In this document: piece after piece, positions 1-13,941 of the stretch
Numbering within the stretch: position 1 is the first letter of the stretch
Layout of the letters: each line of letters opens with the position of its first letter
From: Trichosphaerium sp. ATCC 40318
Taxonomy: Eukaryota > Protista > Tubulinea
Assembly: GCA_038496445.1 (NCBI GenBank)
Contig: JALMLS010000256.1
Coordinates: forward strand, 124,001-188,000
Length of the DNA stretch: 64,000 nucleotides
Direction: 5' to 3'
Translations under genes and position numbers: made by a program
Notes under the pieces: model-generated
Told to the model about the DNA's origin: nothing
What the model saw: the letters and a program-made list of their open reading frames with translations, nothing else
Databases searched by the model: none

Positions 1-182
1 CAGGCCATTACAAAGTTCAATACAAAATTCTCCACAAGCCAAAAATAGTGTATTGTTGACGAATGTGTCTAGAGTTGTTGTGATAAGGCTTGATAAACAA
101 TACAAAGACCAACCTCAAAGAAAACGTCTACGTAAGCTAGTTGACTTTTTTTTTTTATTTTGGGATATTTTTATAAGCTTAT

Positions 183-2572
183 TTACAACATCAATAGAAC
201 TAGCATTGATATGAGCAAAAGTGTTGAAACCATAATTGATGAGACTGATGAATCTCGGCATTTAGCCAAATCATTATCACAACATCCAGCGAAACTAGTG
301 TACTCCACTGGTAGTGGGGATAAATCTCTTGAGCACGTGTTGAGATCATATTCAATTGTATTGATTACAGAAGTACAGTCATCGAACTGGTACTCGTTAA
401 ACCGAATCTAGGTATTAGTTAGAGGTGTAATGTTATTAATGATTATACTGCGCACTCTTGTGAGACTTAAGCATGTAACATCGTAGTGTACTACGCCGGT
501 GGATCCAGTCGATATTGAGTTACATTGACCAACAAAAACAAAGGCATCACCGATTGTATCTCCTACTGTTGAATTGCAGAATGTGTCATTTGGTGCGAAG
601 TCTCTCTTAACTAGCCTGAATGACTTTGAAACAGGCGCAACAGGAGCAATTGATCCTGCTTCAGTTGGAGATACAGGTCCTACAGGAACACGTGTTGGAA
701 GGTCATCAAAACCAGGAAGCTCTGGAGCAGGTTGATTTAACGGAGGAACAAATTCACCAGAGAAGCCACGTCCAACAGTGAAAGCATCAAAGCCTGGTAC
801 AAAGTCAATAAAACTACAACAGCTAGTCAAAACTCCGTACCTCCAGTTGTGGAGAACTTGGTTGATAAGTCGATTGCAGCAGAAGGGTCTGTAATGCCAA
901 TTTTTGTCAAAGCAGCGCTGATTTTATCTTCAAAGAAAGGGAACTTTGGTAATAGAGAACCAGCCATCTTTTCGCAGATAAACTTATTACATGAGTCGGT
1001 ATCAGGACAAATAGATTTGGCAATCTCAACTATCGTAAAGAAATTAACAATAAAGTAATGCAGTTTATTCTTACCGAATGGTTCTAGGTCTTCTTTGATT
1101 TCGTCTAATCTTAGTACGTTCTTAACAGTAGGTAGTATGCTTAAGGTATCAATGAAATCAATTATTGCAGGACCACATTCTCCAATCTTAATAGCTAGAT
1201 CACGGAACTCAATGAGCCAAGGTACGCACACTAGAAGCAGTGTTAGAAACAAAATTACTGACTGATAACAATCACGTGCATGTTGCGAGATCTGTACAAG
1301 TTTCTGTCGCAATAGAAACAATCTTTTCGGATGTCGTTCCGTCAAAAAATCTCAGAGGATCAGAATCACATGCATAGCATAGAGCACCGGCCTTAGTAAG
1401 TATAAGTATAACACTAGCTACACATCAACACGTACAGCAAATGCTGAGAGTCCAGCGACACACTTCAATCCACTTGTAGACAACTTTACTGAACTACTAA
1501 TGTATGATGCAATAAAATCTAGCGCAATAAGCTACGTATTCTTGTAAGAGTCTATGTTACGTACCAACTGCACATGTACGGACATCCGCAGGAATAACAA
1601 TATCTGATCCAATCGGTACTTCAATCACGGTAGCACCCTGAGTGTTATCAACGAAGTTGTCAAGAACAGTGTTTGCACTTGTTAAACCCTTTTCAATGAA
1701 ATCAACTAAAAAGTAAAACAGTCAGAGGATGAAGATTAGTGGCCACTATTGATTACCTGCGAAGCTCATAATAAACCTATTTGTAGCATAAAGGCCATTA
1801 ATAATAGCTAGTGTTTCGTCTTTACAGCAAGTTTGACCACCAGTATCTGGACATGCAGAGTTTGCTGGCCACTACGCCTTTCATTAGTTTTTTTTTGTAA
1901 CAATAGTTTTGCGTACTTCTTGTGGTGATGTTCGGAACGCTATGGTGAGTATTGCTGGGAGGAAATCATAACTACAAGTTTGTTGTGTGTTACGCTTTTT
2001 CTCATACTCTGAAGACACATCAATCAACGGATCAGTGTCAACATCTAGCAAACAAAGCGTTAGGTTTCTTATATTTTTGTAGACGTATTTTCAGAAAAGT
2101 CTTACTCCCGTTGCAAACACCACGAATATTAGTGCCAAAGTGATCACTTGTTGAAGAAGTTAGTAAGAAACTAGGATTGAAATGGCGTACATGCAGAAGG
2201 TCTTGTATTGTACAGTAATAACAGTGGGTTCATCAGCGCATGCGGAAGATGAATATCGCTTTGTAATTGTCTAAGAAACTAGTATTAAACGCAAGCTTTT
2301 ACGTAATCCATCTCTACTGAATGAATGTGTACCTTGTCGCCATAGCATACGAATTTATAGTAACCACCAAGTAGAGATACGCATTCATTTTGTTCGACAG
2401 GTGGGAGCGCAACTCCAGTGTTTGGCTAGTACATGTTAGCCTGCCAATAGTTTTATCTGTATTTTCTTTGTTTTACCTGGCACAATGGAGAGTCTGATTT
2501 GCTCAATAGCACAGACTGTGATATAGTAGAAACTATGAAAGCGCTTAGAAATATAAGAAGTAGTGTCTTCAT
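183..2572 (-). CDS. Secreted, probably GPI-anchored cysteine-rich surface protein (multi-exon)
   Basis: Hand-spliced. ATG at 2572 gives signal peptide MKTLLLIFLSAFIVSTISQS, then Cys-rich modules (CVSLLGGYYKFVC) and a Pro-rich linker (ORF 408..830). Hydrophobic C-terminus IMVSTLLLISMLVLLML ends at TAA 183-185. GT-AG introns. Confidence 0.75.
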
Positions 2573-2724
2573 GTGAGTGATGTAACAATAATGAAATTAG
2601 TATTCGGGTATTTTTTTGAAAGTGACTTAAGTAGATACAGGTACGTTAGAATCACGTGGCATATATTCACAAGGGTATTAAAGTAGCTTATGTTGCGTAC
2701 GAAACGAAAAAAAAATAGTCGGGT

Positions 2725-5700
2725 ATGCATCATGCAATTCTAATTTATTACCACATTGATGAACCTTGGTTAAGGGTACGCTCATTTACTACTTCGAACG
2801 GGTTAAAGATTGGTTTAAGTTATAAACGATTACGGGGTTTTTTCTTGACGTCAGATTTGTCACAGAAAAAAATGCATGTTGCAACTTGGGTAAAAATAAA
2901 ACGTACGAACTACCCTAATATTACTTGCTCACGCGAAACAGGCATCTGTTTAATTCCAGCATTCTAGAGTACTTATGAGAGCACACTTAACCACTTTTCA
3001 TGTTGCTGTCAAATCGAACTTGGAATCGTAACGCTTGCCTTAAAAAGCCGGACAAAACTTAACTCTATTGCACGTGTGGCGTTAGCAATGATAACATGCT
3101 ACCTTGTACAGTAAGCGTACCTGTTCCATTGGGTTCATCATGTAAGAAAGACGTTTTAGTACTTGATAACACAGTTGTAACAAGTACATTGCCGTGCTTC
3201 CTTCATTTTTGGCAAATCAACTCAAAACGCACTGGAATCACTTTAAACGTACAATTTAAAGGTATTGGGATTACTATTAATCATTTTACAGGCAGTTTGG
3301 AGGTTTGAGGCACCAATAGCTTTTTTAACACGTCGTAACGCGTCCTTAATCGTACTGATTGAGAATGGGGCCGTTTTCATACGTCCATTACCACTAGAAG
3401 ACGATTACCATCAAAAAAAGCGTACACGCACTCTAATAACCGAATCTGGTTTCAACGGCGATTTTCAGAGCATTTCAGACCTCCCAACTATTTTCGCGGT
3501 ACGATTTAAATTCTAACCAAAAGATCATGCTGACATACTCCTTAGCCAGGATGCTCAAACATATTTAATACTGCAGACGGATTATTGTTGTATAACAAAG
3601 TCAGTTAGACAACAAAGAAACAACAAACTAAAAAAACTTGTCATTTATTACCTTGTTAGGCAGTAAGAGAAGTCAGTTTGTACTCTGTCAAGGGCAAGTA
3701 TAAGAATACTGCAAAGTGCGAAGGAACACCGTGTTGTGTATATCCTATATGTATCCTTTATAACATAAACGTGTCATCATCACGTGAGCCACGTGCGCAA
3801 GAGTATTTTTTCTTGACAAAAAAAAATAAGGGCTTGGAGGTGTTGATATCAAACTAAAAGAATCGCTTTTATCAATACTTGGCGCTTGTGATCCTATATT
3901 TATGAAGAGTAACACTATAACGATTGTATCTACAGTAGAAGGTGTTATATACGCACTAGCGCTTAACAGCAAAGTAGCACGTTGGTGCCCTTTGATAAAC
4001 AAAAAGGCACTTGACATAACAGTTTCACTTGTACTGTTCTCACCCTTGAGTAGGCTTGCGTTATTAAGATTCTTACCGTCAAACATGATCCTCTATCAAA
4101 GCTTCCGGATTCTCTCCTGTTCCTTACGTAAACTAGTGATTGAATTGATAAACAACTAACACTGCTTTTTAGCCAAGAAGGATCAACAATTTTTTATCAT
4201 CCTCAAAAAGAAACAACATTTTCAATGGTTCATTTCCCACTACTACATACTACGCCTGATATATTAGTACCGCTAGAGGTACATAAATATTGATACAAAT
4301 AACACGGTTGGTACTAAAACATAGCACGTGACAGGGAAGTGATATTTTATTTGCAAGCTCGAATAGCTTAAATATTCATCCTCCAACAATTCTTCGAAAC
4401 GCAACTGAGTTTATTCCCTTGCAATTTCCAGGTGTGTAATTACCACATAATACTAAACATCTATTACATCTATTACATCTATTGTCCAAGTAATTTTGGT
4501 TGACATTTGTCTTTAGGGCTTCCTTTGGCGTTCTATTACTTCGGTAGTATAGTTGTTGGGATTTCGACTTGCAAGAGAATGTTTGTCTACGTCCTCAATG
4601 ATATTGTAAATCGCTTGGAAAAAGACGAAGATAGTGCTGTTAGTTTATTCGGTCAGAAAGATAGTATGCACGTGACTATGAAACACCTTGCTGAGTTATC
4701 ATCAATACAAGAAAAATTGAAAGATGAGAAAAAAGTAAGAAAGTATTTCAGCAACCATCATAGCGCTTTCATTTATTTTTGAAACAAATATTCTGTCCTA
4801 ATACATGAATAGGTACTTAACAAAGATATACATACTTTGAATAAGGCTTTACATAATATACAAGCTTTACAATCAACAATATTTTCAATAACCTCTAAAA
4901 AAATCAAACCTTTGAACACAAATAGTTTTATTGCTGAACTGACATTCAAAACATCAACTCCACTTCCGAATTATGATTACTTGGATACAATAGCATCATT
5001 AAAAATTAATGACAATGAAATAAATACTCAAGTGTGCCGTATGGATAACAACAACAAAAAAGAAAATTTGTGGTACACGTTTTTATTGAAATCAAAGAAT
5101 ACACAAAACACGTTCTTACATATTCCTTTAGGCGTGTTTGTATTGTTGTCAGCATAAACAATGTACTATCTAGACCTTTATTCATAGATTTGATATGGGC
5201 AATAACCTTGTCATCACAAACGACTGTGGGTTTAATAAGTTCTTTCTTTCTGGATGTGTTTGATCTTCTTTCATCTCCTGTTCACTTACCAAAGCAAATC
5301 GCGGATGTTAGTAATAATCCTACAATTGCTAGTGCATCATTAGTGATAAAGGGATCTCACAGGAAAGCGGTCCAAGCAGCTTTATCAACGTACGCGTTGA
5401 GTCAAAGAACAAACAAGCCTTTATTTCGTATTTTAACAAAAAACTTTGAACTTGTTCCTTTCTTCTCTTCCTTCCACTTATTTAGTTATTAGTATAACCC
5501 TTGTGCATGGAGACGTACATATAAGGATGACACAAAACAAAAAAGAAGGTACCAATCAAAGCCCCAAAGAAGCAGAGCAAGAACTTACAAAAACAAAATT
5601 AGATAAACTCACTATAAGGATCCATTTGGGTCAAAATGCATCAGGTTCTGTTTCTCTTCCTTCTCTTCGTGCATCTTTATTGAATAGGATATTGAATGTA

Positions 5701-6376
5701 CCAAAAAAAAGTGGTGATAGTTCGAAAATATCACGTGAAGACTATAAATCACTTGCAAAAGAAATTTTAGGATTTGGAGATTCTACATACTTGTACGTCC
5801 ACTTTATTTATGCATAGCCTTTTTTGGCCTTTTTATGTAGTTCAACTCTAATTATAAGTACCACTGGTTTTCTTTGACAAAGAAACGAACGAAGATTTTT
5901 TGTGTCTGAGACCTTCGCTGAAAACTCTTTTTTTCCGTTGTATTAATCAACTTCACTAAGATTAATATATGTTTTGAAAAGCCACCTTTGTTGCAAACGT
6001 TACGAGATTGCAGCTGAAAGAAATGAAAATTTCTGAGAAAACAGGAAACAACTTTTTTTTTTCAACTTCAAATTTTTTTCTTTGTTTCATGTGCCACTCA
6101 AATAGCTCTTGTATGGTTTGAGTTTGTTTCTGAGTAAAATGAAACAACTAGTGATACTATGAAAATGTATTCTTACAAGGATTTTTTATTCATAGGGTTG
6201 ATAAACAACACTCAGATATGAGCGATATTATTGAACATTTAGAATCTGCTTCAAAAACAAAAGATGTATCAATGCCTTGGTCTTTATTAAAACAAGATGA
6301 ACAAGCACAAAATCTATTGACACAATACTGGAATACAAGCAGGAATAACTTTTCAAAGCTTAGTCTTCCACAGTGA
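2725..6376 (+). CDS. Multi-exon protein, tentatively FAAP100-like (Fanconi anaemia core complex-associated)
   Basis: The exon chain links ORFs 3096, 3265, 3902, 4507, 4837, 5070 and 5446. Segments LKESLLSILGACDPIFMKSNTITIVSTVEGVIYAL and the predicted coiled coil SMHVTMKHLAELSSIQEKLKDEKKVLNKDIHTLNKALHNI recall FAAP100 from memory; not verified by search. Contains a U12-type intron at 3751-3830. Start codon uncertain. Confidence 0.45.
3751..3830 (+). other. U12-type (minor spliceosome) GT-AG intron
   Basis: 5' splice site GTATCCTTT (U12 consensus) and branch site TTCTTGAC with the A 14 nt from the 3' end; no polypyrimidine tract (AAAAAAAAATAAG). Removal joins ...CCVYPI-W-LGGVDIK... in frame with ORF 3902. 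Confidence 0.85.
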
Positions 6377-7030
6377 AAAAAAAAATAGTCATCAATGAAA
6401 CGGCCACTTCACTTATCGTTCAAGTTTATTTTTTGGCAAACTGATCAAGCTAATATTCTTCTACTTTGACACAAAACACATCGAGTCGTTAACTAAACAT
6501 AAATATTGTACATTAAACTCGAGTGACTGTTGTTTGAAACCAGACTTATTTATTATAAACTTTCAAGATCTCCAGGACCCATGCCTACTTTAGCACGGTG
6601 CATACACTAGTGTTATGTTTGCTTTGAACTGTTAGACAAACGTGCGTAGTGAATGAGCGGCAGACCAATGAAAAATTCTTTTGTATTGTGCTAGACAATA
6701 AGCACTTTTACTGCTGCGAGCAATTTGAACTTTATCAACGATACTAGTTTTGAGAATAAAAAGGGTCAACAACATAGAGCATGCTCGGTAAATAATACTT
6801 CTGTTTGAAGGATTGCAAACATTCTTAGCTGCAGGAGCTCCTACAAGATACTGAAGTCAATACTGAAACTGGTTTTCTCCCATTTCTAGGCAAACAAAGC
6901 TTCTATGAGCGATTTGGTGGCTTTCAAGCCGCTCATATTAGATAGAGATTTTGCTACTCGTTACAAAACTTGATAGTAAAAGAATACGCTACTCTAATTT
7001 CGATGAACAATCATTTATTTGAGTTGTTAC

Positions 7031-7291
7031 TTAAGCACTGCAATCAGTACAGAAGTTGGACATTTTACATGCTTCGACACTAGCATTCCATACAGGTGTA
7101 CCAAAGCAATCAGCTTTTCTAAATCCAGTCATTTCTTCTTTCCAGCAGTCACAGAATCCTTTTACGCCAGCTTCAACAACACAAGCACCGAAATCAGTTG
7201 CAGCTTGAGTTACTTGATCGTAGTCGCACGATGAGTATACAATAGCGATAACAGCGGCAATAAAGAGTGCAATATGAGTAATAGTTGTCAT
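7031..7291 (-). CDS. Small secreted cysteine-rich protein, intronless
   Basis: MTTITHIALFIAAVIAIVYS signal peptide followed by an ~65 aa mature region with 8 Cys. Confidence 0.7.
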   Translation of the reverse strand: MTTITHIALFIAAVIAIVYSSCDYDQVTQAATDFGACVVEAGVKGFCDCWKEEMTGFRKADCFGTPVWNASVEACKMSNFCTDCSA

Positions 7292-7503
7292 GGTTGTTGA
7301 TGTATGAGATAATGACCACAAAAGGAAGTTCAAAGTCTACTTTTTTCTTTATGGTTTGTTGAAAATTAGCTAAACAAGTTAACGAACTCGAAACTGATTG
7401 GTGGTTTTTTTTTTCAGTAGTGCTTTATTGAACTATCTTCAAATGTTGTTTTAATGTACAAAAGTGGATCCAACGTCAACGTGGATAGGCAAGCGAAGTG
7501 AGC

Positions 7504-10500
7504 TTACAAGTCACCTTCAATTTTGAGTTTAAGCTCTTTTGCTCGTTTATAAAAAGACTGTGCAGCCTCATCATCAAGACGTACAGATGAAAGCATATTA
7601 CCATACTCACCTTAAACAAGATTGAGTTCGATTAGACTGAACTAGAGGCACAAAACAAGAAAAGCGAATATTCCTTTTTAGTTTTCTTCAGAACAAACAA
7701 AAGCCAAAAAGAGATACGATAACGTACGAATGCAGTTTAGATAGTTTGGTTGTATTTCTAGAGCTTGAAGGTAATAGTTTTCGGCAAAATCCATTTCATG
7801 ACGCCAATACCTATTAAAATGCGTCAACATCTATTACTACGCAAGAGAAACGATAGGAATACGTCTACGAACCTTAAAAATTGAGCATACTGAAATAGAG
7901 TCTCAGGGTCTTGTTGGTCTACTTCCAATGCACGCTTTAGATACGTTTCAACGCGTTGAACCCAAGGATCATCTAAAACAATTCGTTAACAGCGGTTTAC
8001 ACCAAAAACGGAAGTTTTTGTTTTTGGGTTTATCTTTGTACCAGGTCCTGCAGCTATTTTTTGATGTTGTGCGTCAGCATAACCATGTAAGGCTGTAGTG
8101 ATTTCAGCACAATTCCTTAAAATCTCCTTATCGTGAGGATTAGATTCTAACGCCTAAAAACATATGTGAGTCTTCTTAAACGTAGTAACCTATAACCGTC
8201 TTGTACTCTTTCGAATTTTTGAAGCGCTTTTTTAAAGTATTTGCTTGAAGCTTCGTTATCTTCCCTAAAGTAACTTTGTCCACGTTGTTTATATATGTAT
8301 CCTTGAGCGTAGTCTATTATTGAGTTAAAACAAAACTCACCAACGTTTTTTTTTGCGGTATTTTGTGAATTTTCACAAAAACAAAACATCTTTTTCCCGC
8401 CAAGCTGAAAATTATTGTACCGCTCCAAAATAAAACAAGGAGAATAACAATAAAATTTTTTCGCTTTGTAAACGGATTTGGAATTTTTTTGTGCGCATTA
8501 GGCGTCAATTTTTGTGAGTTTTCTTATTTTTTTTGTGGATAGAGAAAACAAAGTGTAAAAAAAAATGGAAAGATATGTACCTATTATATTTATATGTTTA
8601 ACACGCTGACCTATACCCTTAACGTTTTCTGTCTGAAAAGGTTCATCAGAAACCTCATTAAGTTGTCTGTTCTTATTGAACCATTTTTGCATATAATTCA
8701 TAAATTGACGCCTAAGAAACTCATTTTAAAAACCAAGAAATAGATAAAGTACTGCCACTTTAGAAACTGCAAAGATACACACGTGTAATGTCAAAAGTCC
8801 CGCGCCTCTAGTCGTACAGAGGGCCCAAAAAAAAACAATTTCTCGAATGTCAAAAAAAAAATGACTTCTTCCTTTTGAGTTTAAATGTTATTTCGCGTAC
8901 CTGAACTGTAATCCAAGCATTTGTTGTAGACGAACTAAAATAAGATACCTACCATCAACAGAAACACCTTTACGTTCTTCACGAACAACGTAATGAGCAA
9001 CTTGATGCTTAATACTAAAAATAGATCCTTGCTTCATTTCTTGCTCAGTCAAAGCAGAAGCGAACTGTATCAACAACCCAGATTTTATTTCTAGTATCTC
9101 AATAAGGTAAAACGATTGATATATTCGTAACTAAGACATACCAGTATTCCAGAACTCAAGTGATTTTGGACCATTTGTGAAAACCAAGTTCAGAAGCTTT
9201 GTAACAACTTCACGATAAGGTTCTTCAACAGGTATTTTAAATTGTTTACTTGTTTGTCTCAACAACAAACGAATCTTATTTTTGATAACACGTGCGCACT
9301 AGTAGATGTATATGTTAGCTATAAAACCAATACAAATATAAAAGCCTTACCATCTCTACAAGAAGTGCATCTTGCGCATCTTGATGCTCTGCTTTGTTCA
9401 AATCTCGTGTCCTATTTTTTGAATAAACATGTAAAAAGTTGGTTGAAAAAACGTACCTCACTAATCCCATCATACGGCAGTTTATTCCTTGTTGATGTAA
9501 CCAAACACACAATGATAGTTGAAAGGATTGTAAAGTTCCGTCTTTATGGCACTTAAATACCTTACTTGAGAGAAGCCTCGAGACGACTGGAATGATCTAA
9601 ACGTGGTGAAAAAATAAGAAAATATGTCTGTAAATTCTTAACGCACATGCGCTAATAAATATTCAGTTGCTTCGTATATCTCCTGATTATGTTCTGTAAT
9701 ATCTTTATCATGTTTAATAAAACTAGAAATAGCGTCTGGACACAATCGCTTTTGATACCTGAAAAGCAAATAAGAAGTCAAAAACAAAAAAAAAAGAAGC
9801 CTTACGTTTTTACAAATTCTGGTCTCAAAAGGCGGAACAAATAACTCCTAGGTGCACTAAAGACTATTGAGCATCTATCATAATAAAATTAAAAGCAAAA
9901 ACCTTGGGTGTGGGGCCTCTGGAGGGAATGTTCTTGACAAGTCTATGATATATAATCTTCCATCCTAATGCTCAGAGTGAGATGAGAACGTTGGCTTACA
10001 CTTTTCCATCCGTACACCACCAATATGACCCTCTAAGTCAGTAGCTGTATAAAGCTTTTGAGTACTAGTCTTTGGCAAAGTATGAGTATACAAACAACAG
10101 TCTAATTGCGTTAACATACTTTCTGAACACCACAAACATGTGACTTTAAATTAAGTACTTTCGCTGCTTTTCGCAAGTTCTCGGCCATGGCAGGGCTTCT
10201 AAATATTGTCAGTGGTAGAATAATATATACGTATATATGTATATATTATAGGCGATCAGTAAATACAAGACTAGTAAGCAAAACAATAGCAAACGCTTCA
10301 ATAACAATTACAGTTTTAACAAGAAATTAACGTACGAATTATGTACAGTGTGCCCACCATCACAAGAACCGCTTACTATTGTTCTTTCTTTTGCTATTGG
10401 TAAAATAGATACAGCAATAACACGAAATCCTCTGTAATCGACAAGTGCCATTAAAGGAAACTAAGAAAAAAATCACTTAAATGTAAAAGAAGGAAACTAT

Positions 10501-13479
10501 TATCGTACACTTATGTCCACATTACAGTTAACATAATTGATCAAACCTTTTAATTCATGACCACCTACTTTGGCGGCATTATGGTCAGACCCAAAAAGGC
10601 ATTTTGAGTCAATAGCAAGTTTAAACAAGATGTTATGAACAACATACTTATCGCCACCTATATTAAAAAAACGTTTTAATTGATGAAGCTAAGGACAGGA
10701 ATAGATACAAATGATATACGTATTTAATATATACCTGCAACCCCAGGAAGATCTGAAGCCGGTTTGATTGTCTTTTGATCATCTGGAAGGTAGTACTCGC
10801 TAATAATAATCTTTGCAAAATAAAAAGTCAACAATAATCTATCAAGTTGGGGTGTTTTCTTTAAGTTACCTTCCCGTATGTCCTAAACATTCATAAGCTC
10901 ATAAAATACAAAGTATCAATTAGTAAAGTAGAAAATAAAGGTATTAGAGAATAATTTTTCATAGAATACAAGTACATACTCTGCACAATAAATAAAATCT
11001 CGCTCCAAATTAACCAATTCATAACAAACTTTCAATCTAGTTTCTGCTGAAGAATTGATATTTAACCGCCTAAGAGATATCATAGACCTCTGAAAACGTT
11101 CGTTCCAATCAATTATACCAGCAGCTAACCACCAAGACTTTGATCCTTGAGCACGTTGTACGAAATCATAAATATCCTCCTACAAAAAAATATCAACAAA
11201 GACTCACAATACTTTTCTTCAGCACTTACCTGACTACTATGTTCTTTAATGTCTTCAACATTTGATAACTCAGAATGAAATCCATTGATAGTATTGTCAT
11301 TGATATGGTTTGTATCAAAATTCAAGGCACCAAGGCTGTTACTGGAGAAGTCAAGAGCTGGTAAAGTTCCGGCCGATATTTTTATAGAAGGTGACGAAGA
11401 TTCCTAGGTAAGCGCTTTAGAAGAATATTTGTCTCTCTACAAACGTACACCAGTAATCCCAGACTCAATTTCGTCATATCCATCAGACTCTATTTTCTCA
11501 TAGCCATCTGAGTCCATTGTGCGTTGTCTCCAATTAAAAATTGGATCCTCACGTTGATCATTGTTACCACTTGTAGCTTCATCGTAGCTTAACAAGTGGT
11601 CATCTTCACTTTTTACAAGTACAGGAGGGCTGGCAGCAATTATAAATCTATTCGCTGTATCAGGAATGCTTTGCCCTCTACGAAGAGTTGGGCGCTTCTC
11701 TTCATTACTAGAAAACAATGTGTTAGCTCCAGATATTGTTGTAAAAAAAATACCTATTATCACCACTGAGAGTATCAGAGGTTGTTTCATCACTGTCAGT
11801 TATGAAATAACCAAGCTCTGTTAATACAGGATACATTGAGTAGCTTTGTTGCTTGATATATAACATAAGAAAGGAGAAGAAGTCAAAAAACTCAAAAACC
11901 TTTTTCCATTTTTGAAAAAAAAATGTACTCACTTCCAACTGTTGTGTCTCATGATAAACTGCTTCATCTCTGTCTTTTAACAATGTATTATAATACGTAG
12001 CCTTGGTAGAGTTATTAGCTCGCTTGTTTAGAACTAAACAAGCTGTTAACATCAAGATATTATCTAAACAGACTACCTTTAGGCACGGGATATCTCTTAT
12101 CAGCGCGAACACGCTGAGCAACACTGTAAGGTTTAGAGAGAACCTATAAAATTAGGGATAAGCAACAAAGTAGTGAAAGGCTTGTACTGACTTGTTGTTG
12201 TCGGTGTTTTATAACACGCTTATACTTTACACGAAGTAGAGCTGTTCGTGTTTCTTCATTCAAGGCAATATCAATTGGTGAGTCACCTTCCCAACGACCC
12301 TATACATTTTATTATAACGGACTATTAATAAACAAAGATAAAGCACAATATTGTTGTGTTTAGTGATGAATACAAAAAAACAAAATAGTATTTCACGTGT
12401 TTTCAATGAATGTGGTTACTGTAAAGATAACGTACGCGGAGTTCTGGATAATTGGATTTAGCTTTACGAGTTGGATCACCTCCCTTTCGCACCAGGTATT
12501 CTATCAAGGACTTAACAAACAAGGTGCGTGTTGGAAATGCAAACATACGAATTATTTGAACGTGACCCTTTGCTGCAGCATAGTGTAATGGTGTGTTTCC
12601 ATAGTCATCTTTTAATAAAAATTACAACACAATATAGACGTATTTTTTGTGTACCTAAGGCGTTTGGAAACGCTCCATTTTCAAGCAGATACTAACGAAC
12701 AAATTAGAAAAAACGAATTGAAAAAAAAAAAGAAAAATACCTTTGCTGATTGTACGCTCCTTCTATGAGCAGCAAGATGTAATGGAGTACCACTAACCCA
12801 ATACTCAGCTTCTCTATAACAATCACGGATAAAGAACTGCAAAATGATAGAATGGTTAGCGTACAAATGTCAAACAGAACACGAAAAAAAAATGTCAAAT
12901 GTCCGATTTCTTTACGCTAAAATTAATACTGTACTTTGAACATAGTTGATGGACGAGCGCATTCATCGATGGCAAACTCTTGCTGTTGATCTATCAATTC
13001 ACGCAAAGCATCTACGAGTATTTGTTAAGCGTTTGGGGGGGTTGACATTTTGTATTTTCTAAAAAACGCACCAACGTCATCTATTTCAACTGCTAAATGG
13101 AGAGGTCCAAAACCACCTACGATTGTTATCGTTTGCACAGCTTTGGAGTAAAATATAATAATTTAGTGGCAAGTTTAGTAAAAATTGTCAGCGGGGTGTC
13201 CAGACGCGATTATATGTTGTAAAAAGGCGTACTATTGAGGCCGAAGAACCCTTCATTTGATAGAAAGTTGTACTTTTGTTTTTGAATCTCAGCGATACGT
13301 TTTGCGCATCGCACCTTGTTATATGTGCTCCTCAAGAAGTATAACAAAGGAAATCCGCAAACCGTTATTAAAATGATCCCTGCACTCGACGCTACGACAC
13401 CAAAGGGCTACAGTATACGTTATTACGTTTGGTGTCAAAAACAGATTACCGCATAATCAAGTAGCTTAAAGGTCTCCAT
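7504..13479 (-). CDS. Ankyrin-repeat + Clu (clustered mitochondria) domain + TPR protein (multi-exon)
   Basis: Ankyrin motifs GPLHLA/GTPLHLAAH lie near the 5' end. Spliced Clu-domain motifs are AAKVGGHELKGL, FPLMALVDYRGFRVIAVSILPI, DLEGHIGGDGRLYIIDLSRTFPPE and WLHQQGINCRMMG. TPR-like helices lie at the 3' end; stop TAA at 7504-7506. The 5' boundary is approximate. Confidence 0.8.
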
Positions 13480-13941
13480 CACATCATTGGCTTGTAACGT
13501 GGCTACTAGCAGCCTTTATATTGGACTGTTGCTTAATATAACACGCGTCAGTCAATATTTGGCTGATTTAAATACAAAACGTGTATTCCGCCGTTGCAAG
13601 GAACAGTTTAGGAGTATTGGCTTGCTCCTTACTAAAGCTATCTTGCGAATCCGGACATTGATTGACAATTTACTAGCGCAACAATTCGTAGCGCCAGGGA
13701 AGCGGTTTATACCCTGTAAATCACCAAAACATTCTCAGTAGCAAAACGTGATACAATTCGTTAAAAACGGACAATTGTTTTGTGACACCTGTAAGCGGGA
13801 AACAGCTTTCCTCACGTTAAAGACTAGTTCAAGAAAACAAAGCCGAACACTTCAACAGCAGATTGAAGTCAAACCTTCGCACAAGCGAGCAAAGAAAAAA
13901 GTATGACTATTTTATCACGTGTTTTCAAATCAAAAAGAGCC

